Assembly (NCBI GenBank): GCA_028867285.1
Contig: JAGWGP010000001.1
Span: 1 to 52,556, forward strand
Origin: Candidatus Micrarchaeota archaeon
Lineage (GTDB): Archaea > Micrarchaeota > Micrarchaeia > Micrarchaeales > Micrarchaeaceae
DNA: 52,556 nt
Direction of reading: 5' to 3'
Part shown: positions 35,434 to 44,449 of the stretch, piece by piece
Numbering within the stretch: position 1 is the first letter of the stretch
Layout: each line of letters starts with the position of its first letter
Position numbers and translations under genes: made by a program
Notes under the pieces: model-generated
Told to the model about the DNA's origin: nothing
Databases searched by the model: none
What the model saw: the letters and a program-made list of their open reading frames with translations, nothing else

Positions 35434-36192
35434 ATGCTGTTCCTAGTGGGCACCGGTCTCGCCAAGAAGGACATCTCCTACAACGCTATAGAGATTTGCA
35501 AGAACTGCGAGCTCTTCGCAGACAGGTACACCGCCAACATGGACCAGGAGAAGCTTGACTTCCTGGCCGAGACGATCGGCAGGAGGATAAGCGAGCTGAC
35601 GAGGTCCGACCTGGAGGAGGAGTCGAGGGAGCTCGTGGAGAGGGCCAGGAGGTCTGACGTAGCCATACTCGTTGGAGGGGATCCCCTGATAGCAACGACG
35701 CACAAGATCCTGTTCATACAGGCGAGGAGGCTGGGCGTCCCGGTGCACGTCATCCACGCATCGTCCATAACCAGCGCCATAATAGGCGAGAGCGGACTGG
35801 ATTTCTACAGGTTCGGACCGATATGCACCATATCCAGATGGACCGAGAGGTACAAGCCCACCTCGTTCTACGAGACCATACAGAGGAACATGCAGTCCAA
35901 CTCGCACTCGCTGGTACTGCTGGACTACGACTCTGAGAGCGCGACGTCGCTCGGAGTCAAGGAGGCGATGGCGATACTCGAGGCGGCCGAGGCCAAGCAC
36001 AGGCAAGGTATTATAACGCCCAAGACGCAGATATTCGTGATGCACAACATCTCTGTGGAGGGCCAGTCAAGGGAGCTCACCACGGTCTCCGAGGCAGAGA
36101 AGATCTCATTCAAGGACGGGATGACCGCGATAATACTCCCGGCAAGGCTCTCGGAGGTCGAGCGGGAGATAATAGACAGCATATACGGGTGA
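35434..36192 (+). CDS. dph5: Diphthine synthase
   Basis: MLFLVGTGL, GDPLIATTH, SGLDFYRFG, HSLVLLD. Confidence 0.93.
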   Translation: MLFLVGTGLAKKDISYNAIEICKNCELFADRYTANMDQEKLDFLAETIGRRISELTRSDLEEESRELVERARRSDVAILVGGDPLIATTHKILFIQARRLGVPVHVIHASSITSAIIGESGLDFYRFGPICTISRWTERYKPTSFYETIQRNMQSNSHSLVLLDYDSESATSLGVKEAMAILEAAEAKHRQGIITPKTQIFVMHNISVEGQSRELTTVSEAEKISFKDGMTAIILPARLSEVEREIIDSIYG

Positions 36193-36196
36193 ACTT

Positions 36197-37363
36197 TTGG
36201 CGCTGCTCCTCAACTTCGACCAGAAAACGAGGAAGATATGGGCCACTGACCAGTCCACTAAGGACACGCTGGCAAGCGGATTCTTCGGAAGGAAGGAGGA
36301 CGGCAGGCTCGTACTGGCAATCGAGGAGGCGCTATACCTGATCGACATAAGGAACGCGAGGTGCGCATCGCAGGACGGCAGCGAGCTCACCTTCAACCAG
36401 GTCGCCTCGCACTTCGGCAACACCAGCAAGTTCATGGCCAGGTACTTCACCTACAAGGACTGGAGGGACAGGGGGATCATAATCAAGGGCACCGAGGGGC
36501 TGAGGGAGTCGCCAGGCGAGGTGCAGATGAAGAGATACCCGTCGTCCAAGCTCAAGCTCAGGAACTACAGGCTGGAGGGGGTTTTCTATCCCGCAGACCT
36601 GACCACCGTGATAGACGACAACGACAGGGGCAAGCAGATCTACGAGGAGAACTGGTTCGGCCAGTACGCAACCTACAAGATAAGCGAGAGGGGGATACTC
36701 AACAAGCTCGACATATACGAGACCGTGTTCCTGATGGACCAGGGCATCCTGGAGGTTAGGAACTTCACAAGGAAGCAGATAGTCGACACCGCGACAGAGA
36801 GGAGGCCCGACTTCGAGAAGCTCTACGAGGTCTTCTCGGACTGGAGGGGCAAGGGCTACGTGATAAAGACGGGCTTCAAGTTCGGCACGCACTTCAGGGT
36901 GTACTTCCCTGGCGCAAAGCCGATCAAGACCGACGACAGCGAATGGGCCCACTCCAAGCACGTGATACACGTCTTCCCCAGGGACGCCAAGCTGCTCATC
37001 TCCGAATGGGCCAGGGTGATAAGGGTGGCGCACTCGGTGAGGAAGACATTCATACTGGCCATACCCGGCAAGAGCAGGAAGAAGAACGTCGACATCGACT
37101 TCGTGCTGTACCACAGGAAGGGCACCAACGTAGAGACGCCGGAGAACTCGAAGCCGAGGTTCGGCATGCTCTCCCTGAGCGAGGAGGAGTACATAGGCGG
37201 GGCTGAGCTATCGGCAATAATAAACAAGGCCAAGGCCTACAGGATGGAGCTGATAATAGCTATAGCGGACAGGGAGACGGCGGTCACCTACTACAGGGTG
37301 AGGAGGCTCGAGCTTCCAAAGAGCCCATACGAGTACTACGAGATAGACTGGATGCAGCCCTGA
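36197..37363 (+). CDS. endA: tRNA splicing endonuclease, three-unit (epsilon2, ARMAN-type)
   Basis: Repeated L..EEA.YL and YxDWRxRG/KG units, GFKFGTHFRVY, HSKH, RVAHSVRK; 388 aa. Confidence 0.9.
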   Translation: MALLLNFDQKTRKIWATDQSTKDTLASGFFGRKEDGRLVLAIEEALYLIDIRNARCASQDGSELTFNQVASHFGNTSKFMARYFTYKDWRDRGIIIKGTEGLRESPGEVQMKRYPSSKLKLRNYRLEGVFYPADLTTVIDDNDRGKQIYEENWFGQYATYKISERGILNKLDIYETVFLMDQGILEVRNFTRKQIVDTATERRPDFEKLYEVFSDWRGKGYVIKTGFKFGTHFRVYFPGAKPIKTDDSEWAHSKHVIHVFPRDAKLLISEWARVIRVAHSVRKTFILAIPGKSRKKNVDIDFVLYHRKGTNVETPENSKPRFGMLSLSEEEYIGGAELSAIINKAKAYRMELIIAIADRETAVTYYRVRRLELPKSPYEYYEIDWMQP

Positions 37364-37364
37364 T

Positions 37365-37931
37365 TCAGGCGTGCTGGGGCACTATGTACAGCAGCTGCCT
37401 GTCCTTGGTGAACGACGGCAGGTACTTCTTCAGCCCGTCATAGTACAGGCAATTTGCAAACTGCATGGAGCTTATGGCGCCATCCACTCCGCCGTCATAT
37501 ATCCTCTTCGTCGGATACACGTCTATGCCTACGGTAAGCATGACATCCACCGCGCCGAGGACCTTTTTGCCGCCTATCTTCAGGAGCTCTAGGGTTCTCT
37601 CATCCCTCAGGCTGATCTCGGTCTTCTTCTTGCCCAGCGCATCGCTGAAAAAGAACGTGCCAAAATCGAGGCTGGCGTTGGATCTGTACTGTGCATAGTT
37701 CTCAGTGACGCGCAACCCCATCCTGCGCAGGCTCTTGACGAGTTCCCTCTCAAAGCCGTTGAGCTCGTCTATGCTGCTGGGCTTATCCGTGGGGACCACC
37801 CCTATGCGGGTCTCCAACTCGGTGTCGCTGTTCCATCTGGTGCCTAATCTCTCATCAACTATTGCCATACTCTTGTCCGATCGGAGATACGAAATCGCCA
37901 TATCCAGTTTGCTCGTCTTTTTCGCCTTCAT
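37365..37931 (-). CDS. Hypothetical protein
   Basis: ORF with no motif recognised. Confidence 0.6.
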   Translation of the reverse strand: MKAKKTSKLDMAISYLRSDKSMAIVDERLGTRWNSDTELETRIGVVPTDKPSSIDELNGFERELVKSLRRMGLRVTENYAQYRSNASLDFGTFFFSDALGKKKTEISLRDERTLELLKIGGKKVLGAVDVMLTVGIDVYPTKRIYDGGVDGAISSMQFANCLYYDGLKKYLPSFTKDRQLLYIVPQHA

Positions 37932-37955
37932 GCAATCTCCATAAAACATTAGCCG

Positions 37956-38585
37956 CTAATTCAAGTAAGCGAAAAACTGCACCTCTCTCCTCGGCGTGCC
38001 TGCGCAACAACCGCAGCCCCGCTCATGCACCTTGCCAAATATCATGGTAGATGCGTAGGGCAGATTGGCTGTCAAGACCTCCAGCACGTTTTTCATCTTC
38101 GGCTTGTCATAATTCAGGCTCAATTTAAAACTCCAGTCTGGATTAGCCGCATAAATGCGCGCAATCTCCCCCTTTACCTCGAAATGCTGTCTCTCCGCGT
38201 TCACGACGTTTGGCATCGCCCCCAATTCCTTTATCACCCTGCCGAAATTCTCACGGAGCTGGTTCCTGTGCAACTTCGTCTGCCCGCACAGCAGGTTTGT
38301 CAGCTGGTTTCCCCTTCCAACAAGCGAAAAATAGTCCTCTACATGGTCCGTGTTGGTGTTCATGGTGCCCACACCAGACCATTCCCTGGACCAGAGCACG
38401 TCAATTCCCGGCCTGATGTTCTTGATCAGCGAAGCCAACTTTTCCTGTGCCGCCTCAGCCCCACACGCCCTAAGCCTTACGCCTTTTTGCGACCTCAAGA
38501 GCTCGCTTACGCTTCCGGTCTCTCCCGTTTCCAATTCGCAAGGGGCTACCTTCAATCGCTGCACGCATCCACCACAATAGCTCAC
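37956..38585 (-). CDS. Hypothetical protein with Cys clusters at both ends
   Basis: 209-aa ORF with CGGC near the N-terminus and GCGCC near the C-terminus; atypical codon usage. Confidence 0.55.
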   Translation of the reverse strand: MSYCGGCVQRLKVAPCELETGETGSVSELLRSQKGVRLRACGAEAAQEKLASLIKNIRPGIDVLWSREWSGVGTMNTNTDHVEDYFSLVGRGNQLTNLLCGQTKLHRNQLRENFGRVIKELGAMPNVVNAERQHFEVKGEIARIYAANPDWSFKLSLNYDKPKMKNVLEVLTANLPYASTMIFGKVHERGCGCCAGTPRREVQFFAYLN

Positions 38586-38638
38586 ATTTGGCTAATATAT
38601 AAAGATTCCGCAGGATAAGCGAAGATATTAAGCAAGAG

Positions 38639-38713
38639 CGGGTCCAGGGGGATTCGGACCCCCGACCTACTGGTTAAGAGCCAGCCGCTCTGACCAGGCT
38701 GAGCTATGGACCC
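38639..38713 (-). tRNA. tRNA-Lys(CUU)
   Basis: GGGTCCA/TGGACCC-G acceptor, GCTGG-CT-CTT-AA-CCAGT, T-arm GGGGG-TCCGAAT-CCCCC. Confidence 0.92.
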
Positions 38714-38752
38714 AATTTAGCAACTAACTATCTCTCGTAAAGGTATTTAGCC

Positions 38753-39883
38753 TTACCCGGAATTCTCGCCAGCAAGCCTTCCCATCGCGGCGCCCACCCT
38801 CTCGACGTTCGCCTCGTCGCACGCCACCAGCAGCTTTCTCTCGCTCAACAGCGTTGTGTTCAGCGTCTTTATCAGCGGCGAGATCTCGGAGAGATTGCCC
38901 ACAAAATCGCCATCCTTGTCCACTACCCCTATATCCATCTTGCTCCCCCTGAGCTGGCTTAGGCTCACAACGTAGTCGGCAGGTTCAAGTCCAAGCCTTC
39001 CCAATTCCGAGGTGACCTCTTCTTCCTTGAGGTCGGCCCCCGCGTTCTTGTAGAACGCCCTCTTGAACAGGTCTCTCCCCATTATCCGATGTATCGGCCC
39101 GCCGCTGCCCTCAATGTCAAGCAGCCTCCCGAAAAGCTGCGCGTCGTTGAGCCCGTGGACCACCTTAGGGTCCAGCCTTTCATTCTCTATCGCCTCGTTG
39201 AGCGCCGTCTGGAACATCCCCTCGGCTATGATCTCCACATGGTGCATGTAGACGTTCTTTATCATGAAGTACCTCGCTATCAGCAGCGACTCCGCCCCTG
39301 ACACCCCCTGCTCGTAAATCGCAGGCCTGCCCTTGTGCTCTGTCATCTTGCTCTTTATCCTGGTGTAGTCTATTATCCCGTATGCGACCCCGGTGTAGAG
39401 CGAATCCCTCATTAGGTAATCGACCCTGTCTGCACCCAGCGCCCCGCCGACTATCTCGCAGTTCATCTCATCCCTGAAATAACCCAGTATAAAAGGCACA
39501 TCGAGCCCTGCATCGCTCAATATGTCCCTTATCTCAGATCCATTCACTATCTCCTCGCCCATCTGCTCATGGCTCTTGTGCAGGTATCTCTTCAATATGG
39601 GCTCGGATTGATGCGAGAACGGCCCGTGGCCTATGTCGTGAAGCAGTCCTATGTACGCAACCTCCGGCCTAGAGTCCTCGTACACCCGAGCCTCCAGCTC
39701 CCTGGCGACGTGCATCACGCCTGCGCAGTGCTCGAACCGTGTGTTGTTTGCGCCCGGATACACGAGATTGCAGAACCCCATCTGCTTTATGTACCTCAGG
39801 CGCTGCATCTCCCCGGTGTTCAGTATCCTCTCCTGGAAATCGTCGAAGTCTATGTTCTTGTGCACCGGGTCCCTTATGTACAA
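38753..39883 (-). CDS. HD-domain phosphohydrolase (SAMHD1/dNTPase-like)
   Basis: IRDPVH, QRLRYIKQ, RFEH, LLHDIGHGPFSH, DRVDYLMRD. Confidence 0.92.
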   Translation of the reverse strand: MYIRDPVHKNIDFDDFQERILNTGEMQRLRYIKQMGFCNLVYPGANNTRFEHCAGVMHVARELEARVYEDSRPEVAYIGLLHDIGHGPFSHQSEPILKRYLHKSHEQMGEEIVNGSEIRDILSDAGLDVPFILGYFRDEMNCEIVGGALGADRVDYLMRDSLYTGVAYGIIDYTRIKSKMTEHKGRPAIYEQGVSGAESLLIARYFMIKNVYMHHVEIIAEGMFQTALNEAIENERLDPKVVHGLNDAQLFGRLLDIEGSGGPIHRIMGRDLFKRAFYKNAGADLKEEEVTSELGRLGLEPADYVVSLSQLRGSKMDIGVVDKDGDFVGNLSEISPLIKTLNTTLLSERKLLVACDEANVERVGAAMGRLAGENSG

Positions 39884-40270
39884 TCAATCACGTCTGAGCA
39901 CGAACAGAGCTATAGTGGCCACTATGAATACGTCGAGCGTGGAGCAGTAGATGCAGATCTTGCCTATCTCGTGCATTGCTGTAACGGAATAGATGAACCC
40001 CCCTGCCCCGAACAGCATCCATATGTTCCTGAAGATGCCCGGTTTCCTGCCTACCATCAGGGCGTTGGCAAGGAACCATATTATGCCCCCAACCGCAATC
40101 GGCACGCCCAGAACCGTCGAGTATATGCTCCCCAGTACCGTCTCGCAGCTTATTATCCCGGTATTCGGGCACACGAGCGCGCCAGGGCTGTAATGCACTA
40201 TCGTAAGGTACACCGATATCGCCACTCCTGCGACAGATATTGCAAGCAGCGCCGTGTCTATTTTCTTCGT
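39884..40270 (-). CDS. Vitamin K epoxide reductase (VKOR) family protein; apparent ACG start
   Basis: CP...ISCETVL.S.YS..LGVP.A..G and ICIYC redox motif. The first TM helix extends upstream of the GTG at 40225 to ACG at 40270. Confidence 0.85.
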   Translation of the reverse strand, partial: TKKIDTALLAISVAGVAISVYLTIVHYSPGALVCPNTGIISCETVLGSIYSTVLGVPIAVGGIIWFLANALMVGRKPGIFRNIWMLFGAGGFIYSVTAMHEIGKICIYCSTLDVFIVATIALFVLRRD

Positions 40271-41592
40271 TTCCTCACCTTTTTTATGAATGCCCTGAGC
40301 ACCGCGTCGAAGGCCGGCCCCCTCGGCACCAGCTCGTATCCGACCTGCACTATGGGCTTGTCAACGTTTATTATGTGCCTAAGGTTTGTAGGCGTTGCGG
40401 ATACCACTGTGTCGCAGTCCGCCGCATTTATCGTTGCCTCAAGGTCCTTTATCTGCCTTGCGCTGTATCCCATCGCAGGCAACTCCACCTTAAGGTGGGG
40501 GTATTTCCTGAATGTGTCCCTGAGCCCCCCTACAATGTACTTTTTGGCCTCTACAATCTCGCCCGCGCCGTACTCCTTTGCCGCTATGCTTCCAGCGCCG
40601 AACATCATCCCGCCGTGCGTTATGGTTGGCCCGTCCTCTATTATCAGGACGCGCCTTCCCTTGATCATTCTCGGGTTGTCTGGCTTAACCACCGAATCTG
40701 CATAAATTATTTTAGCCCCGGGATTTATCCCCTCAAGGTCCGACACTACCCTGTCCAGCTCTTCCTTTGTCGCGGAGTTCACCTTGTTTATCAGAAGGAC
40801 GTCCGCCATCCTGGCCACGGTCTCGCCCGGATAATAGGTGAGTTCGTTTCCGGCCCTAAGCGGATCGGCAACGGTTACCAGCAGGTCGGGCCTGAAGAAG
40901 GACGCGTCGTTGTTGCCGCCATCCCAGATTATGACATCGGATTCCTTCTCCGCAGCCCTCAGTATCCGTTCATAATCCACCCCCGCGAACACCACGAACC
41001 CGTTCCTTATGTGGGGTTCGTAATCCTCCCTCTCCTCTATTGTCGTCTTGTACCTGTCCAGGTCCTTGAGGGTCTCGAACCTCTCCAGTATCTGCTCCTT
41101 CAGGTTCCCGTAAGGCATGGGGTGCCTGACCACCGCGACCCTTAGCCCGGCCTCCCTGAGCGCGATCGCCACGTATCTTGATGTCTGGCTCTTTCCGCTT
41201 CCGGTCCTCACTGCGCAAACCGCTATCACAGGTTTCGAGGACTTCAGCATGGCCCTTCCGGGAGCCACCAGCCAGAAGTCTGCTCCGGCGGCGTTTGCAA
41301 CGCTCGCCTTGTCCATCACCGCATTATTTGGAAGGTCGCTATACGCCTGCACGCAGACGTCAACCTTGTATTTCTTTATCAATCGCGGCAACTCTGCCTC
41401 GTCATATATCGGTATCCCCTTGGGATACAGGCTACCGGCAAGCTCCTTGGGATATCTCCTGTCGGCTATGTAGGGTATCTGCGCAGCCGTAAATGCGACG
41501 ACCTCATACTCCTTCCTGTCCCTGAAAAGGGTGTTGAAATCGTGGAAGTCCCTTCCCGCGGCACCGATAATTATAATCCTTTTCCCGGGCAT
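40258..41592 (-). CDS. P-loop NTPase of the cyclic 2,3-diphosphoglycerate synthetase-like / arginine synthetase family
   Basis: GAAGRDFH.FN, VVAFTA.QIP, AVRTGSGKSQ, RHPMPYG, TIEEREDYEPH, WDGGNND, EDGPT.THGGM. Confidence 0.85.
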   Translation of the reverse strand: MPGKRIIIIGAAGRDFHDFNTLFRDRKEYEVVAFTAAQIPYIADRRYPKELAGSLYPKGIPIYDEAELPRLIKKYKVDVCVQAYSDLPNNAVMDKASVANAAGADFWLVAPGRAMLKSSKPVIAVCAVRTGSGKSQTSRYVAIALREAGLRVAVVRHPMPYGNLKEQILERFETLKDLDRYKTTIEEREDYEPHIRNGFVVFAGVDYERILRAAEKESDVIIWDGGNNDASFFRPDLLVTVADPLRAGNELTYYPGETVARMADVLLINKVNSATKEELDRVVSDLEGINPGAKIIYADSVVKPDNPRMIKGRRVLIIEDGPTITHGGMMFGAGSIAAKEYGAGEIVEAKKYIVGGLRDTFRKYPHLKVELPAMGYSARQIKDLEATINAADCDTVVSATPTNLRHIINVDKPIVQVGYELVPRGPAFDAVLRAFIKKVRKRRK

Positions 41593-41677
41593 GGCGTTCT
41601 TCTATCCCAGTTTAGCTATATAAGCCTAATTATCGTCCAACGCACTGTATAAATTTATTTGGGCCAGAATCATACAG

Positions 41678-42415
41678 ATGGCAGTATCTGGCGTTGAACG
41701 TAACAACAAGGGCCATGTCGGCCAGCAAGGCGAACTCGCACACATCTACGTCGGAGCCGTGCAGCTTATCAAGCCCGGAGGCGAGGGAACGAGGCCGCAC
41801 ATGCCCGTTCCCAAATCCGCCATGGGGCTTTTGAGGCTGGGGATAGGGAGCCAGCTCATGATGCGCATAGACGAGCAAGAGCGGATAGTCCTCGCTCCCT
41901 CTTACGGGGAGGCGAAAATAGTTCCGTTTTCATGGCCCGGCAGGTATGAAGGGAATATGTGCCATGCCATATTGCCGAAATACATATGGCAGCACGTTAT
42001 CATATCGCAGACTACCTCGTTCAACGTGATTGTAGGCGAGGACAAGCTAATCTTCAAGCCGGTTGAGGGGGCCAACACCGTCAATTCAGGAGCTGCAAGG
42101 TGCTACGCCCATAACGGGTTGGTCAATCTGCACGTACTGAAGGAATTTGTGGTTGCGGCAGGACTGGCAGGCGTCAGCAAGGTCCAGTTCGCACCAACAA
42201 CCAACGGATTTGTAATGAGTAATGCAAAGGGCTTCGCAGTCACGGTATCCATATCTAACGCGTCTAACCCCAATGTCCCTATACCAAAGTCAATTGGGCT
42301 AAGGTGCAACAGGGAGGGGACGAAATTCCACGCGTATTTCATAGAAGGAAACCTGATCTACTCGAAAAAAGGCCCCCGAAACCAGTCCCGATTTCCAACT
42401 TCTCAAAACCATTAA
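41678..42415 (+). CDS. Protein with tandem AbrB/MazE-like repeats
   Basis: Four ~45-55-aa repeats with a h-h-PK helix-beta-beta pattern. Confidence 0.55.
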   Translation: MAVSGVERNNKGHVGQQGELAHIYVGAVQLIKPGGEGTRPHMPVPKSAMGLLRLGIGSQLMMRIDEQERIVLAPSYGEAKIVPFSWPGRYEGNMCHAILPKYIWQHVIISQTTSFNVIVGEDKLIFKPVEGANTVNSGAARCYAHNGLVNLHVLKEFVVAAGLAGVSKVQFAPTTNGFVMSNAKGFAVTVSISNASNPNVPIPKSIGLRCNREGTKFHAYFIEGNLIYSKKGPRNQSRFPTSQNH

Positions 42416-42522
42416 AAAGCTTGACACGATCCTCCGTTTTCAAGCCCAGATCGCCAGCACACCACAAGGGTTTTAAAGCTAAAATCACAATGTTTTACTG
42501 ACGATTTATTCTGCTGATTGGG

Positions 42523-44439
42523 ATGAGCGAAAACGAGTACTCCGCAAAGGACATTATGGTCCTTTCCGGACCGCAGGGAGTGAGGAAGAGACCCGCAATG
42601 TACATAGGCTCCACCGGCAGCAAGGGCTTCCTCCACCTGCTCTACGAGGTGCTAGACAACGCCATCGATGAGACCCAGGCGGGCTACGCCACCAACGTCC
42701 TGATAAGGCTCACCAGGGAGGAGGAGGTGGACGTCGCGGAGATAAGCGACGACGGAAGGGGCATCCCGGTAGACATGATAGAGAAGGAGGGCAAGCCCGC
42801 GCTGGAGGTCATAATGACATCCCTGCACTCAGGCGCAAAGTTCGACAACAAGGCCTACAAGGTCGCCGGCGGGCTCCACGGGGTGGGGCTAACCGTAGTG
42901 AACTCGCTCTCCGAGTATACCGTGGTCACCGTAAAGAGGAACGGCAAGACATACAGGCAGACGTTCAGCAGGGGAGCGATCCTCACCCCTCTGGAGATAG
43001 TGGAGGAACAGAACGACGGGAAGACCGGCACGACGGTAAGGTTCAAGCCCGACACTACCATATTCTCCGCCAAGAACTTCAACTCGCTCGAGCTCACGGA
43101 GAGGCTGAAGGAGCTCGCATACCTCAACCCAGGAGCCCACATAACGCTTATCGATGCCAGGGACCCCACTGCCGAGATGTCAACCGAATACTTCTCCCAG
43201 AACGGGCTGAAGGACTTCATCGAGTTCGTGAGGGGAGGAAAGGAGGCGCTCACCAAGCCGATATTCATAAGGAAGGAGGCGGAGAGCATAAGGGTGGAGA
43301 TAGCGCTGCAGTACATAAACACCTACAGCGAGGATCTCCTCTCGTTCGTCAACAAGATAAAGACCCCGGAGGGAGGCACCCACGTCGTGGGCTTCCACAC
43401 CGCGGTGACCAGGGCGATAACCAACTACATGCAGAAGAGCGTCAAGAGGGGAAAGCAGTCGGCGGAGATCGAGGGGGACGACACGAGGGAGGGGATACTC
43501 GCCATAGTGTCGATAATGATGCAGAACCCCGAGTTCGAGGGGCAGACCAAGGAGAAGCTCGGCAACACCTACATCAAGAGCGTGGTCGACACCGCGGTGT
43601 ACAACGAGTTCTCCAGATACCTGGAGGAGAACCCCTCCGACGCCCAGGCGATCGCGAGGAAGGTGATGACCTCCGCAGAGGCCAGGGAGTCGGCGAGGAG
43701 GGCAAGGGACCTCGCCAGGAAGAAGAGCATGTTCGAGGGTGCCGTCCTCCCTGGCAAGCTCGCTGACTGCACGGAATCTGATCCAGAGAAGGCGGAGATA
43801 TTCATAGTAGAGGGAGAGAGCGCCGCCGGCTCGAGCAAGCAGGGGAGGGACAGGATGTACCAGGCCATACTCCCGCTCAAGGGCAAGATACTCAACGTGG
43901 AGAAGGCATCCGACGAGAAGATATTCAACAACGCCGAGCTGCACGCGATGGTCACCGCTTTCGGTGTCGGGATCAAGGAGTCGTTCAACCCGGAGAACCT
44001 CAGGTACAAGAAGGTTATACTGCTGACCGATGCAGATGTCGACGGCAGCCATATACGCACCCTCCTGATGACGTTCATCTACAGGTACATGAAGGCCCTC
44101 ATAGAGAAGGGAAACGTCTACATAGCACAGCCCCCGCTATACAGGGTGAGCAAGGGCAGGGAGCACAAGTACGTCTATTCCGACAGCGAGCTCAACACCG
44201 TGATGAAGGCCCATGACGGCAAGGCCGCGGTGCAGAGGTACAAGGGTCTCGGAGAGATGAACCCCGATCAGCTTTGGGAGACTACCATGAACCCGCAGAA
44301 CCGCGTGCTCAAGAGGATAACGATCAAGGACGCCCAGCTTGCCGATGCGCTGTTCTCGGTGCTGATGGGGCTGGACGTGGAGCAGAGGAGAAAGTTCCTG
44401 GAGGAGCACTCGCACGAGGTCTCGTTCCTGGACATATGA
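42523..44439 (+). CDS. gyrB: DNA gyrase subunit B
   Basis: VRKRPAMYIG, EVLDNAIDE, DDGRGIP, GGLHGVG, VEGESA, PLKGKILN, TDADVDG, RYKGLGEM. Confidence 0.97.
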   Translation: MSENEYSAKDIMVLSGPQGVRKRPAMYIGSTGSKGFLHLLYEVLDNAIDETQAGYATNVLIRLTREEEVDVAEISDDGRGIPVDMIEKEGKPALEVIMTSLHSGAKFDNKAYKVAGGLHGVGLTVVNSLSEYTVVTVKRNGKTYRQTFSRGAILTPLEIVEEQNDGKTGTTVRFKPDTTIFSAKNFNSLELTERLKELAYLNPGAHITLIDARDPTAEMSTEYFSQNGLKDFIEFVRGGKEALTKPIFIRKEAESIRVEIALQYINTYSEDLLSFVNKIKTPEGGTHVVGFHTAVTRAITNYMQKSVKRGKQSAEIEGDDTREGILAIVSIMMQNPEFEGQTKEKLGNTYIKSVVDTAVYNEFSRYLEENPSDAQAIARKVMTSAEARESARRARDLARKKSMFEGAVLPGKLADCTESDPEKAEIFIVEGESAAGSSKQGRDRMYQAILPLKGKILNVEKASDEKIFNNAELHAMVTAFGVGIKESFNPENLRYKKVILLTDADVDGSHIRTLLMTFIYRYMKALIEKGNVYIAQPPLYRVSKGREHKYVYSDSELNTVMKAHDGKAAVQRYKGLGEMNPDQLWETTMNPQNRVLKRITIKDAQLADALFSVLMGLDVEQRRKFLEEHSHEVSFLDI

Positions 44440-44449
44440 GGTGGCGACC

